Below are positions 18,599 through 28,778 of a DNA stretch of 64,000 nucleotides, piece after piece; positions within the stretch are counted from its first letter, which is position 1, and the number at the start of each line of letters is the position of its first letter. The notes beneath the pieces were generated by a model. It made no database searches. It had not been told where the DNA came from and saw only the letters and a program-made list of their open reading frames with translations. Position numbers and translations under genes: made by a program. Origin of the DNA: Chthoniobacterales bacterium (GTDB lineage: Bacteria > Verrucomicrobiota > Verrucomicrobiia > Chthoniobacterales > DASVRZ01); assembly GCA_038228695.1 (NCBI GenBank), contig JBBRPA010000012.1, positions 82-64,081 on the forward strand. The letters run 5' to 3'.

Positions 18599-19560
18599 CC
18601 AACGGCCTCCGCCGCCGCCCGGGTCAACCGGTCCATGATCGCCCGTCCGAGGCCTTCGCACGGAATTTTCTCCGCGTAAATCCTCGTCACGGGCGCGTCA
18701 TCGAGCCGGTGCATTGCCGCGAACAATCTCGCCGCCGCCTCGACCAGATCACCCGTCGGAGAAAGCGTTTCGACCGCGGTAAATCCTGCGGGAACCGATC
18801 GGAAAGCCAAAAATCCGCACCCCGCCCGCGTCGGCACATCGTCCGCCGAAACGACGAGGACGAGCGCCCGACGTGGTGCGTAATGCGACGCAAGCTGCCC
18901 CGGAGCGGCTGCGCGTTCACCCCCATGTCCAACCGGGGCAAAGGCGCGCAATTCCTCCCTCGAAACTGGGCCCTCGCGGAGCAATTCCAGTCGCCCATCC
19001 ACCACCTGCACAATCGTGGACTCGAGTCCGTGACGACACGGCCCGCCATCGAGCACGAGGGGAATGCGGCCTCCCAAACCCGCGACCACGTGCCGCGCCT
19101 CCGTCGGGCTGATCCGGCCAAACGGATTCGCGCTGGGTGCAGCGAGCGGCCCCCCAAAGCTCTTCAACACCGCCTGAAAGACCGGATGCGCCGGAACCCG
19201 CACCGCCACGAGCGGACTGCCTGCCGTGACCAAATCGGAAACGATCGCGCGTTTGGGTAGCAGCAAAGTCAGCGGGCCGGGCCAGAACTTCGCTGCCAAC
19301 TGCGCCACGAGGGGATCAGCACAGTCCGCAACCGTTTGGGCCATTGCCCAGTCCGCCACATGGACAATGAGCGGGTCGAAGCGGGGTCGATCCTTGGCCT
19401 CGAAAATCCGGGCGACCGCCGTGGGATTTAGCGCGTCACCAGCAAGGCCGTAAACCGTCTCGGTCGGGAGCGCGACGACCTTGCCTTGGCGCAAGCATTC
19501 CGCAGCCTCTGCGACGGGCGCTGCGTCTCCCGCAGCTACCTCCAGCACGCGCGTTTCCAT
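18595..19560 (-). CDS. sua5: L-threonylcarbamoyladenylate synthase (Sua5/TsaC2)
   Basis: 'PTETVYGL', 'KDRP..DPLIVH', 'WPGPLT', 'APSAN', 'APGQLASHYAP'. Confidence 0.93.
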   Translation of the reverse strand: METRVLEVAAGDAAPVAEAAECLRQGKVVALPTETVYGLAGDALNPTAVARIFEAKDRPRFDPLIVHVADWAMAQTVADCADPLVAQLAAKFWPGPLTLLLPKRAIVSDLVTAGSPLVAVRVPAHPVFQAVLKSFGGPLAAPSANPFGRISPTEARHVVAGLGGRIPLVLDGGPCRHGLESTIVQVVDGRLELLREGPVSREELRAFAPVGHGGERAAAPGQLASHYAPRRALVLVVSADDVPTRAGCGFLAFRSVPAGFTAVETLSPTGDLVEAAARLFAAMHRLDDAPVTRIYAEKIPCEGLGRAIMDRLTRAAAEAVG

Positions 19561-20061
19561 TTACGGTTGCGGAAGTTCTTGCTCGAGGACGGCCTTAGTT
19601 TGCCGGGCACGAAACTCCTCCAAACGCGCCGCCAACTTCTCATCGGTGCGAGCCAGCAGGGCGACCGCAAAAAGCGCCGCATTCACCGCCCCAGCGCGGC
19701 CGATGGCGAACGTCGCCACCGGTACGCCGGCCGGCATTTGCACGATTGAAAGCAGGGAATCGACCCCGCGCAAAACCGCGCTTTCGACTGGCACCCCGAG
19801 CACCGGCACGGTGGTGTGGGCAGCGAGCATCCCGGGAAGATGTGCCGCGCCGCCCGCTCCAGCAATGATCGCAGCAAATCCGTTTCCGGCCGCGCCTTTG
19901 GCGAATTCCGCCAATAAATCCGGCGTGCGATGGGCCGATACCACCTGACTATGCACTTCCACCCCCAGTGAGCGGAGCTGTTCGACAGCGTGCCGAAGGG
20001 TTTCCCAATCCGATTGTGAACCCATCAACACCGCAATTTTGTTTCTGAGGGAATTTTCCAT
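19561..20061 (-). CDS. purE: N5-CAIR mutase
   Basis: 'MGSQSD', 'SAHRTP', '[11 protein letters not shown]', '[11 protein letters not shown]'. Confidence 0.96.
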   Translation of the reverse strand: MENSLRNKIAVLMGSQSDWETLRHAVEQLRSLGVEVHSQVVSAHRTPDLLAEFAKGAAGNGFAAIIAGAGGAAHLPGMLAAHTTVPVLGVPVESAVLRGVDSLLSIVQMPAGVPVATFAIGRAGAVNAALFAVALLARTDEKLAARLEEFRARQTKAVLEQELPQP

Positions 20062-20140
20062 TTCTGAACGCATCTAACGATGATGTCAGGTCGTAACACC
20101 AATTTGAAGCAGTTACCATCCAATCAGAATTCTACGTCTT

Positions 20141-20347
20141 ATGCCAACAGGAACAGTTAAGTGGTTTAACGAAAAAAAAGGTTTCGGATTTATCGTCAAT
20201 CCCGAATTCAAAGAGGACATTTTTGTTCACTTCAGCGAGATCAAAACCGAGGGCTTTAAAACGTTGCAGGAAGGTGAGCAGGTGGATTACGAGGTCATCC
20301 AAGATGGCAAGGGCGCAAAAGCTCGCAATGTGCAGCGACAGGCTTAA
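20141..20347 (+). CDS. cold-shock domain protein
   Basis: 'GTVKWFN.KKGFGFI' (RNP1), 'IFVHFS' (RNP2). Confidence 0.96.
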   Translation: MPTGTVKWFNEKKGFGFIVNPEFKEDIFVHFSEIKTEGFKTLQEGEQVDYEVIQDGKGAKARNVQRQA

Positions 20348-20358
20348 CCTCTCGGGGC

Positions 20359-20895
20359 ATGGAGGCCCCGCCCGCACATAACTTGGTTCTCGTCGGTTTC
20401 ATGGGAACCGGCAAAAGCTCTCTCGCTCGGATACTGGCTCAAAAAACGGGCTGTCCGCTGCTCGATACCGACGCGGAGATCGAAAAACAATGTAGTCAGC
20501 CGCCATCGGAAATTTTCCGCGAGAAAGGCGAAGCGCATTTTCGTGACCTAGAAACCGCACTCCTGAAAAGTCTCGCCGGGAAAAGTGGCCTGATCATTTC
20601 CACCGGGGGCGGGATGGTTATCCGCGAGGAGAACCGCCGACTCCTGCGCGAGCTTGGGTTGGTCGTCTGGCTGCACGCAGAGGAGGAGGTCGTTTACAAT
20701 CGCGTCTCCCGTAACAACCGGAGGCCACTCTTGCAAACGGCCAACCCGCGCGCCACTATGCGACAGCTTTTTGCCCTACGCGAACCGTGGTATCGCGAGG
20801 TAGCGCACCTGCAAATTGACACAGGAAAAATGAGTCACGGGAAGGCCGTTAGCGCCGTCCTACTTGCCGCTGGCTGGGAATGCAAACCGGCTTGA
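20359..20895 (+). CDS. aroK: shikimate kinase
   Basis: 'GFMGTGKS', 'DTDAEIE', 'GEAHFRDLE', 'STGGG', 'RPLL'. Confidence 0.94.
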   Translation: MEAPPAHNLVLVGFMGTGKSSLARILAQKTGCPLLDTDAEIEKQCSQPPSEIFREKGEAHFRDLETALLKSLAGKSGLIISTGGGMVIREENRRLLRELGLVVWLHAEEEVVYNRVSRNNRRPLLQTANPRATMRQLFALREPWYREVAHLQIDTGKMSHGKAVSAVLLAAGWECKPA

Positions 20896-21917
20896 AAAAC
20901 GAACTAGTCGAACGCGCAGAGCGACTCGGCTTCGCCCTTTGTCGGGTGACCACCGCCGAGGCACCGCCCCATTTTCCGGAGTTTCGCGAATGGCTCGACG
21001 ACGGGCGGCATGCCACGATGGATTGGCTGGAGCGGGGCGCGGAGAAGCGCGGTCATCCCGAAATCGTCCTCCCCGGAGTGCGATCGATCGTGGTGCTCGC
21101 AACCAATTACTATCAGGGCAATATCGAGCCACGGGAGTTCGGAAAAATCGCTCGCTACGCTTGGGGCTTGGACTACCACGACGTGATCGAGCCGAAGCTG
21201 CGGGAATTGTCCACATTTCTCAAAGGGCACGGCGGACAGCAGAAATTTTACACGGACACCGGACCCATTCTGGAGCGGGATTTCGCCGCCCGCGCTGGCA
21301 TTGGCTGGCAAGGGAAAAGCACCATGGTTCTCAACTCCGAACTGGGCACCTGGTTTTTTCTTTCCGTTATCCTAACCACGCTCGACATCGCCCCCGACCT
21401 ACCGGCACGACACCATTGCGGATCGTGCACCCGCTGCATCACCGCGTGCCCGACCGGGGCGATCACCGCGCCCCACAAACTCGACGCACGGCGCTGCATC
21501 TCCTATCTAACCATCGAGCACAAAGGTAGCATTCCAGACGAATTCCGTCGTGCCATCGGCGACCGCCTTTACGGATGCGACGACTGCCTGACCGCCTGCC
21601 CGTGGAATCGCTTCGCAAAAACATCGAGCGAAATTGCTTTCCACGCCACCGCCGCCATGCGCGAACCTGCGCTGCGCGACTACTTAGAATGGGACGACGA
21701 AACCTTTCGCACTCACTTCAAATCGTCGCCGATCAAGCGCATCAAACGCCGCGGCTTCCTGCGTAACGTCTGCGTCGTCCTCGGTAACATTGGCACCGAC
21801 GACGACCTGCCCGCGCTGCACAAAGCCGCGCTCGATCCCGAACCGCTCATCGCCGAGCACGCAGCGTGGGCGATCGAGGAAATTTCCACTCGCGCTGCCG
21901 CGCAAATCAGAAGCTAA
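20880..21917 (+). CDS. queG: tRNA epoxyqueuosine reductase
   Basis: 'ARYAWGLDYH', 'DTGPILER', CGSCTRCITACP, 'CISYLTIE', 'GCDDCLTACPWN'. Confidence 0.95.
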   Translation: MQTGLKNELVERAERLGFALCRVTTAEAPPHFPEFREWLDDGRHATMDWLERGAEKRGHPEIVLPGVRSIVVLATNYYQGNIEPREFGKIARYAWGLDYHDVIEPKLRELSTFLKGHGGQQKFYTDTGPILERDFAARAGIGWQGKSTMVLNSELGTWFFLSVILTTLDIAPDLPARHHCGSCTRCITACPTGAITAPHKLDARRCISYLTIEHKGSIPDEFRRAIGDRLYGCDDCLTACPWNRFAKTSSEIAFHATAAMREPALRDYLEWDDETFRTHFKSSPIKRIKRRGFLRNVCVVLGNIGTDDDLPALHKAALDPEPLIAEHAAWAIEEISTRAAAQIRS

Positions 21918-22006
21918 TCTGTCACCGGCAAGTTTTGGAATCCTGAAAACAGGCGTTCTAAAATAATGATGAAATCGTCCACACAAAAACCGGGATGTTC
22001 CCCGCT

Positions 22007-22176
22007 TAGACCCATCGTCGAAAGTTTCCTGCAATTATTTTAACCACGAATGGACGCGAAGTGACACGAATAGGGGATCAAGGAGTCGCTAGGGCGTTTG
22101 ATTCGTGTCCATTGGTGTCCATTGGTGGTTTCTTCCAAGTCTTTGTTTTTGCAGGTTAATTTCGAGAATGGGTCTA
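22007..22176. mobile_element. MITE-like non-autonomous element
   Basis: 28-bp imperfect terminal inverted repeats 22007-22034 and 22149-22176 (23/28), with TA at both outer ends; no ORF inside. Confidence 0.6.
22042..22130. repeat. REP-like palindrome built from 10-bp units
   Basis: arms AACCACGAATGGACGCGAAGTGACACGAAT (22042-22071) and ATTCGTGTCCATTGGTGTCCATTGGTGGTT (22101-22130), 25/30 complementary. Confidence 0.8.
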
Positions 22177-22420
22177 CTAAGGAAATAACGGGTGGATGGG
22201 GCTTCTGGTTACAGTGCTAGAAAGCAAAACAGCCTTGGCGAGCACGGAGGCGCGATGCGGTGGATAAGGGCGGTCCGGGAGAGTTCACCTGGGAAACGGA
22301 GGGCATTTAGGATTGCTCGGACATCTCCGCGCTTTCTTCTGCGAGACGTGTCTCGCGGAAAAAAACGGCAACATGTTGCCGCTCTCCACATTCGTAATTC
22401 CCCCGCTCCCTGAAGAAAAA

Positions 22421-23404
22421 CTAGGTGGCTTCTTCCACTTCCGGCACCTGCCACTCGCAGTATTGCTTGCTGAGGGCGGCGGCAATGTCGCCGAGACGGA
22501 GCTGGATGCGGTCGAGGTATTGGTGAAGGCCGAATTTGAAAATCTCGTCGATCGAGACGTAGCCGAGGTCGGCGTGGAGGCGCCCGGAGAGTTGCTCGAG
22601 TTCGTTTTCAAAATGGCCGCGAGGTCCACCCGAGATGCGGTGGATGGCGCGATCGAGTTGGTTCACGCAGTAGTTAATCGAGCGGGGAAATTTCGCATCG
22701 GTAATGAGAAATTTGGCGACTTTCCACGGGGCGACTTGGTCCACGTAAAGTTTCCGGTAGGCTTCCAACCCGCTGCAGGAGCGCAGCACGCCCATCCAGT
22801 GGACGGTATCGACGTTGCCCCCGACCTGCTCGCCACTGGGCAGAAGGATATGATATTTCATGTCGAGCAAGCGCGAAGTGCGATCGGCGCGTTCGAGGAA
22901 GCGGCCGACTTGGCCGAAATACCAACCCTCTCCATGGGTCATAGTGGAGTCGGTGGTGCCTTGGAAAAGATGAGAGCCTTCGACGATGTAATTGAAGAAT
23001 TCGTAGGAGCTGTTGCGAAAGAGTTTGCGGGCGTCGTCGGAGCGGATGAAGAGATAAAGCCGGTTAAGGACTTCCCACATTTCGCTAGAGATTTGCTCGC
23101 GAACAGTGCGCGCGTTTTCGCGGGCGTAAGCGATGCAGGAGTAAATCGAGTTGGGATTTTTTCGCTCGAAGGTAACAAAATCGACCACGTTGTCGCCGGT
23201 CAGTTCGGGGTAAAGTTTTTCAAACAGCTCGTGGTCTTCCAACGTGCTGAGGATTGGGCTCCAGTGTTTGTCCGTGGCTCCCTGGCCGTGCATCTCGAAA
23301 TCGAGCATGACCTGGATGTTGACGTCTAACATACGGGCGTTGCTCTCCGCCCGTTCGATATAGCGGTTCATCCAGTAAATGGCTTCGGCGACGCGGCTGA
23401 GCAT
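22421..23404 (-). CDS. alpha-E domain protein
   Basis: 'MLSRVAEAIYWMNRYIERAE', second ER motif 'GRFLERADRTSRLLD', 'FPRSI'. Confidence 0.92.
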   Translation of the reverse strand: MLSRVAEAIYWMNRYIERAESNARMLDVNIQVMLDFEMHGQGATDKHWSPILSTLEDHELFEKLYPELTGDNVVDFVTFERKNPNSIYSCIAYARENARTVREQISSEMWEVLNRLYLFIRSDDARKLFRNSSYEFFNYIVEGSHLFQGTTDSTMTHGEGWYFGQVGRFLERADRTSRLLDMKYHILLPSGEQVGGNVDTVHWMGVLRSCSGLEAYRKLYVDQVAPWKVAKFLITDAKFPRSINYCVNQLDRAIHRISGGPRGHFENELEQLSGRLHADLGYVSIDEIFKFGLHQYLDRIQLRLGDIAAALSKQYCEWQVPEVEEAT

Positions 23405-23410
23405 AAAAGG

Positions 23411-24892
23411 TTAGGAAAGGCTTTGGGTTTGAGTTTGGTCGGGGGCAGGCTCCTCGGCGTCGAGCACCCAGGTGTCTTTGCTGCCGCCGCCTTGCGAGCT
23501 GTTGACGACGAGTGAGCCTTTGCGGAGGGCGACGCGGGTCAGCCCGCCGGGAACGATGCTGACTTTTTCGCCAAACAAAACGTAGGGCCGCAGGTCGATG
23601 TGGCGACCTTCGATGCCGTTGTCGCAATGGGACGGGGAGCGGGAAAGCTGAATGACGGGCTGGGCGACATAGTTGCGCGGGTTAGCTTTGATCGCTGCGC
23701 GGAATTGGTCGCATTGTTCCTTGGTCGAGTGCGGTCCGATGAGCATGCCGTAGCCGCCGCTTTCGTTGGCGGATTTGACGACCAAATTTTCGATGTTTTC
23801 GAGGACGTAATTACGGTCGGATTCGTTGCCGGTGAGGTAGGTGGGGACGTTCGGCAGGATGGGCTCCTCGGAGAGATAGAAACGGATCATGTCGGGCACG
23901 TAATAGTAAGTGACCTTGTCGTCGGCGACGCCGGTGCCGATGGCGTTGGCGAGGGAGACGCGGCCTTTCCGGCAGGCCTCGACGATGCCGGGAACGCCGA
24001 GCACAGAATCTTTGCGGAAGACGGTGGGGTCGAGGAAATCGTCGTCGATCCGGCGGTAGATGACATCCACGCGCTTGAGGCCCTGAGTCGTTTTCATGAA
24101 GACTTCGGAGCCTTGCACGATAAGATCTTGGCCGACGACGATCTCGATGCCCATGGAGCGAGCGAGGAAGCTGTGCTCGAAGTAGGCGGAGTTGTAGATG
24201 CCGGGTGTGAGCAGCGCGATCGTAGGATCGGGATTTCCATCGGGCGCAATGTAGCGAAGGAGATTAAGCAGGTCTTGGCAGTAGCCATCGACTGGACGCA
24301 CCGGATAGCGCGAGAAAAGTTTCGGAAAAACGCGCTTCATAGCCTGCCGCCCTTCGAGGACGTAGGAAACGCCGGACGGGCAGCGACCATTATCCTCGAG
24401 CACGAAATATTCGCCGCGATTGTCCCGGATCAGATCCGTTCCGCAGATGTGGATGTAGATGTCCTTGGGAACATCGATACCCATGAATTCAGGGCGGAAA
24501 TGGACCGCGCTCTCCACGACATCGCGCGGGACGATGCCTTCCTTGATGATGCGTTGGTCGTGGTAAACGTCGTGCAGAAACATGTTCAGCGCCCGAAGAC
24601 GCTGCTCCAGTCCGCGTTCCACATGCGCCCATTCATTGGCCGGAATAATCCGCGGAATAAGGTCAAACGGGAAGATGCGCTCCGTGCCCTCGTCGTTGTT
24701 ATAAACGGTAAAAGTGACGCCTTGGGTTAGAAACGATTTTTCGGCTACCCGCATTTTCCGCTGGAGATCGTCAGGTCCCAACTCCTCGAAACGGGACATC
24801 AGCGCTTGATAATGAGGCCGGACTTTCCCGGGTGCCTCAAACATCTCGTCGTAAAACCCGTCCAGTTCGTAATTGGAGAAAAAATTTCCCAT
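23411..24892 (-). CDS. circularly permuted type 2 ATP-grasp protein
   Basis: 'FPFDLIPR', '[12 protein letters not shown]', 'NSAYFEH', 'YRRIDD', 'GGYG', '[14 protein letters not shown]'; start moved to ATG 24892. Confidence 0.93.
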   Translation of the reverse strand: MGNFFSNYELDGFYDEMFEAPGKVRPHYQALMSRFEELGPDDLQRKMRVAEKSFLTQGVTFTVYNNDEGTERIFPFDLIPRIIPANEWAHVERGLEQRLRALNMFLHDVYHDQRIIKEGIVPRDVVESAVHFRPEFMGIDVPKDIYIHICGTDLIRDNRGEYFVLEDNGRCPSGVSYVLEGRQAMKRVFPKLFSRYPVRPVDGYCQDLLNLLRYIAPDGNPDPTIALLTPGIYNSAYFEHSFLARSMGIEIVVGQDLIVQGSEVFMKTTQGLKRVDVIYRRIDDDFLDPTVFRKDSVLGVPGIVEACRKGRVSLANAIGTGVADDKVTYYYVPDMIRFYLSEEPILPNVPTYLTGNESDRNYVLENIENLVVKSANESGGYGMLIGPHSTKEQCDQFRAAIKANPRNYVAQPVIQLSRSPSHCDNGIEGRHIDLRPYVLFGEKVSIVPGGLTRVALRKGSLVVNSSQGGGSKDTWVLDAEEPAPDQTQTQSLS

Positions 24893-25038
24893 TGCGCTGG
24901 CTAGATTTATCCACCCTCCCAAAGGTGGCAACGAAAAAGTCAGGCCGCCGGCAGAATGTTCGGATAGTTATAAAATCAACGGTCTAGGAACTTGCTAGAG
25001 ACAAACTCTGGGTGACATGATAAACACCAAACGTAATC

Positions 25039-27843
25039 ATGGATTCTGGGCATCACGTTGGACATGGCTGGCTACGCAATGCGGCCACGCTTGCGATTGG
25101 ACTGGCCTTGCTTTCCTCTGAACTACAGGCGCAGACGGCAGAAGCAGCACCGAAAGATGCGACCGCGATGGAGTTGCTGACTTCCGGTTACACGGCTTTT
25201 GGCGCGAAGAAGTTCGAGGAGTCCATCGCCGCCTACCAACGTTTCCAGACCGAATACGGGAAAAGCGCCGAGGCAGCTCAAGCCTTGCCTCAGATTCTCC
25301 CCATTCTTGCCCAAGCTCAGATTCGTCTGCAAAAATGGCCCGATGCGGCTACAACGATTGAGACCTATCTAACCAGTCACGCTGCAAAAGCCGCTCCGAA
25401 AGACATCGAGGACATGCGTTTCTGGGATGGTGTTTGCGATTTGATGCGGGATGAAACCGACACCGCCAAGACCAAGCTCCAGACATTTCTAACTCAGTTT
25501 CCGCAATCGGCTAGGATGCCCCAGGCGCGAATGTTATATGGGTCCACGCTGATCAAGGCGGAAGATTACAAGGCGAGTGCGGCCTATTTCCAAAAAGTGC
25601 AGCCCCAATTACGGGGATCGACTCGCGGACAAGCAGTTTTGCTCGAGCTTTACAGCCAGATCAAAGATAACAAATCAGACGAGGCGCTAAAAATCATCGT
25701 CCGGGAATATCCGAAGCTCGAACAGATTTTGCCCATTGCCGGTTTCGAGATGCTCGTCCTGCAACTCGGGTCCGATTATCTCGAGAAAAAGGAATACCGT
25801 AAAGCGCTGGCGGCGTTTCAGCGCATTTGGTCACGGGGCCGGATTCTGAAACATCAGTCCGATCTGAAGAGCTCGCTAGAAAGTCAGCTCGCAGCGGCAA
25901 TTCAGAAGCAGGCGGAGCCATTTACTATTTTTCAGATCCAGCAGGACTTGAAGAAAATTCAGCAGGATCTCGACGTTTTTTCCAAGATTCCGACGTTCGA
26001 TTCGTCGCTGCGACTGCGCGTGGCGTCGGCCTATCAGGGCATGGAACGTTACCGCGAAGCCGCGCTCGTGCTAGAGCAAATGCTTCAGGAAATGGAGCCC
26101 GATTCCGTGGTGGAAGCGGCATCTGTCAATCTCGTGCAATGCTGGGCGCAGATCGAATATTGGAGTAAAACAGCAGAGGCTGCAGACAATTTTACCCAGG
26201 TATTTCCTAAGTCGAAGCAGTTGCCGTCGGTGCTTTTTTTGAAGGGGCAAGCGTTGCTGAGCGAATATAAACCAGCCGACGCTGCGGACGTCTTTGGCAA
26301 AATCGTCGTCGCCTACCCGAAAGACAGTCTCGCGCCGCGTGCTTTGTTTATGCAGGGCTATTCCCAGTTAGTGGCAGATCAGGCGGATTTAGGAATCGCG
26401 ACATTAGAATCGTTTCCGAAAAAATATCCCAAGGATCCGCTGGAGGAGACAGCCTTTTACTGGCGTGGAATGGGTTATTCGTTGTCCAAACAACACGAGG
26501 AAGCGCGTACGGCGATGAGCGAATATCTCAGTCGTTACAAAGGCGGTTCATTCGTTTCCGAGGCTCGTTTTCGCAAGGCTTACGACGCGGAATCGATGAA
26601 AGCGTACGAGCTGAGCATTCCGGAGCTCCGTGCGTTTTTGAAGGATTTTCCGGATAGTCAGGAGCGCGACGAGACGCTGATTCTGCTCGGCGATGCTAAC
26701 ATGGCGATTGGAAAAATCGACGAGGGTATCGAGGCTTTCAATCAAATTTCTCCGACAGAAAAACGCTTTTTTGAAGAGGGCTGGTTCAAAACCGCCAAGG
26801 CATTGCGGCTGCAGGAGAAACCCACCGAAATGCGTGCTCATTTGGAGAAATTCTGCAAAGATTTCCCGAAAAGTCCGCGCATTGCCGAGGCGCTTTACTG
26901 GATCGGTTGGAGCTGGCGTCAAGAGGGAGCCCCAGATAAAGCGCGTGACATTTACTGGCAAGCTATTCGCGATTTGGGAAATGATCCCGATGCCGTCGCG
27001 GTCGAGGATTTGCTGACTGGTGTCGCGAAACTTTACAAGGGCGACGAGGAGAAAGCGAAATTGCTTTCCGAGTATCGGACGTTGCAAGCTCAGGCCGAAA
27101 CTCGCAAGGAAACGTTGCTAGTTCTTCGTTCAAAATGGGCGCAGGCGCAGGCGTTAAAAAGAAGCGACCCGACCACGGCTGATCAGCTTTTGGTGCAATG
27201 CGCGCCGATGGCCGACGTTTCCGAAGTCAATCCGCTCCTGCTGGCCGACATCGCCGATGCGTTACGACGTAGTGGCAAGACTCCCGAGGCCGCTCAGATG
27301 TATCGCGACTTGGTGAAGTGGAACCCGCGCGCCATGCAGAAGGATCGTTCGTTTGCCGCGCTCGGTCAGATTGCGCTCGTGGACGGTCGCGACGACGAGG
27401 CGCTGACTTATTTTCAGCGGTTCCAAAAGGAAACTGCCGGCTCTCCAATGTTTGGCGAAATCCTGCTCGCGAAGTCAGGTTTGGAAGTAAAAAAAGGCGA
27501 CCTCGCTGCGGCTCAAGCTACTCTGGAAGCCATTTTGTCGGATAAAACAACGCCCGGTAAAATCAAGGCCGAGACCCTCGCTTCCATCGGCGATCTGCAA
27601 ATGCAGCAGGGCAAAACCAGCGGTGCGATTCCGTACTATCAGAAAATTTACATCATGTATGGACGTTGGAGCTCCGTTGTGGCGCGCGCCTATCTGCAGA
27701 GCGGCGAGGCGTTTGAAAAACTCAAGGATCGAGACGCCGCCATTAAAACTTACAAGGAAATGATCGATCGCGAGGAACTTGCAGAATTTGCTGAAACCAA
27801 GCAGGCTCGTGAGCGGCTTGCCAAACTCGAGGCTGGAGCATGA
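25039..27843 (+). CDS. large exported tetratricopeptide-repeat protein
   Basis: signal peptide; many YbgF/BamD-like TPR units ('..FPQS','..YPKD','..FPKS'); 934 aa. Confidence 0.85.
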   Translation: MDSGHHVGHGWLRNAATLAIGLALLSSELQAQTAEAAPKDATAMELLTSGYTAFGAKKFEESIAAYQRFQTEYGKSAEAAQALPQILPILAQAQIRLQKWPDAATTIETYLTSHAAKAAPKDIEDMRFWDGVCDLMRDETDTAKTKLQTFLTQFPQSARMPQARMLYGSTLIKAEDYKASAAYFQKVQPQLRGSTRGQAVLLELYSQIKDNKSDEALKIIVREYPKLEQILPIAGFEMLVLQLGSDYLEKKEYRKALAAFQRIWSRGRILKHQSDLKSSLESQLAAAIQKQAEPFTIFQIQQDLKKIQQDLDVFSKIPTFDSSLRLRVASAYQGMERYREAALVLEQMLQEMEPDSVVEAASVNLVQCWAQIEYWSKTAEAADNFTQVFPKSKQLPSVLFLKGQALLSEYKPADAADVFGKIVVAYPKDSLAPRALFMQGYSQLVADQADLGIATLESFPKKYPKDPLEETAFYWRGMGYSLSKQHEEARTAMSEYLSRYKGGSFVSEARFRKAYDAESMKAYELSIPELRAFLKDFPDSQERDETLILLGDANMAIGKIDEGIEAFNQISPTEKRFFEEGWFKTAKALRLQEKPTEMRAHLEKFCKDFPKSPRIAEALYWIGWSWRQEGAPDKARDIYWQAIRDLGNDPDAVAVEDLLTGVAKLYKGDEEKAKLLSEYRTLQAQAETRKETLLVLRSKWAQAQALKRSDPTTADQLLVQCAPMADVSEVNPLLLADIADALRRSGKTPEAAQMYRDLVKWNPRAMQKDRSFAALGQIALVDGRDDEALTYFQRFQKETAGSPMFGEILLAKSGLEVKKGDLAAAQATLEAILSDKTTPGKIKAETLASIGDLQMQQGKTSGAIPYYQKIYIMYGRWSSVVARAYLQSGEAFEKLKDRDAAIKTYKEMIDREELAEFAETKQARERLAKLEAGA

Positions 27844-28778
27844 AAAAACTTCTCGTCGCAATATTTCTAGCTTTTCCGTTGGTCGCCGTGGCGCAGGACA
27901 CTGTCATTCGCACCGATGGAGTGGCGCAATCGGGACGCATCATTGGCGGTGATGCGACTGGGCTTAAGCTGGAAGTTTCCTTGGGCGGCGGTGCTGCCAC
28001 GGGCACGATCACGCTCCGCTTTTCGCAGGTCAAGGAAGTCGTTATGGCCGATCGCGAGACGGTCCAGAATTCACTCGGCCGCGTGACTAAGGAGAGCATT
28101 CCGGCTCTCGCACAACTCTGGGCGCTACGCCGTCCGCTCTTACCAGTGGCCGGCTCGCTGGCAGGCGACATCGGTCTCGCTTACGGACACCTTTTGCTCA
28201 AGGTGGGAACCCAGGCACAACAAGCCATGGCGCTCAATATATTCACTGAAATTGAAACTCGCGAAACCGACGAAACGCTCCAAGGCAAGGCCACCGAGGG
28301 TCGGTTGCAGGCGTTGATCGCTCTTGGTCGAGCTGGAGAAGCCGTCGAGGACGCCAAAAAACTGGCCCAATCCTCCGAGGATCCTAGCACTCTCATTCAG
28401 GCAAAATACATTCTCGCCCAGGCTTCGCTTTTTGAATTACGGACGCTCGAAAAGGACAACCCGCGCTGGACCGAGGATCTACTCGTCCGCCCCGTGCGCA
28501 ATCGACTTTACAACGAGGCGTTAAACCTTTTCCTCTTTGCCACGCTTTTCCACGGCGCAGAAACCGAGGTCGCCGCCCGTGGCATTTGGGGTGCCATCGA
28601 GACAGCGCAACTGAATAAAGACACCGCGCAAATTCGGGAACTAGCCACCGATTTGCAAGTTCTGTATCCCTCGGATCCACACGCTGTAAAAGCGACGACG
28701 CTTCTAACCACTTTACCGAAAAAAACCAAAACCAAAACCGAAGACCTCACTGAAGATGAAAACCAAGCTGAAAAATAA
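27840..28778 (+). CDS. exported hypothetical protein (short beta N-domain plus TPR-like helices)
   Basis: signal peptide ending AVA-Q, 'DTVIRTDG...GRI', helical C-terminus; overlaps both neighbours. Confidence 0.7.
   Translation: MKKLLVAIFLAFPLVAVAQDTVIRTDGVAQSGRIIGGDATGLKLEVSLGGGAATGTITLRFSQVKEVVMADRETVQNSLGRVTKESIPALAQLWALRRPLLPVAGSLAGDIGLAYGHLLLKVGTQAQQAMALNIFTEIETRETDETLQGKATEGRLQALIALGRAGEAVEDAKKLAQSSEDPSTLIQAKYILAQASLFELRTLEKDNPRWTEDLLVRPVRNRLYNEALNLFLFATLFHGAETEVAARGIWGAIETAQLNKDTAQIRELATDLQVLYPSDPHAVKATTLLTTLPKKTKTKTEDLTEDENQAEK

Noticed and set aside
22042-22130. Possible mini CRISPR array
   Set aside because: The units are adjacent 10-mers in inverted arms with no spacers, and there are no cas genes in the window.
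22333-22365. Hairpin GCGAGAC/GTCTCGC as an intrinsic terminator
   Set aside because: The stem is real, but no U-tract follows it on either strand (the T run precedes it), so it is not called a terminator.
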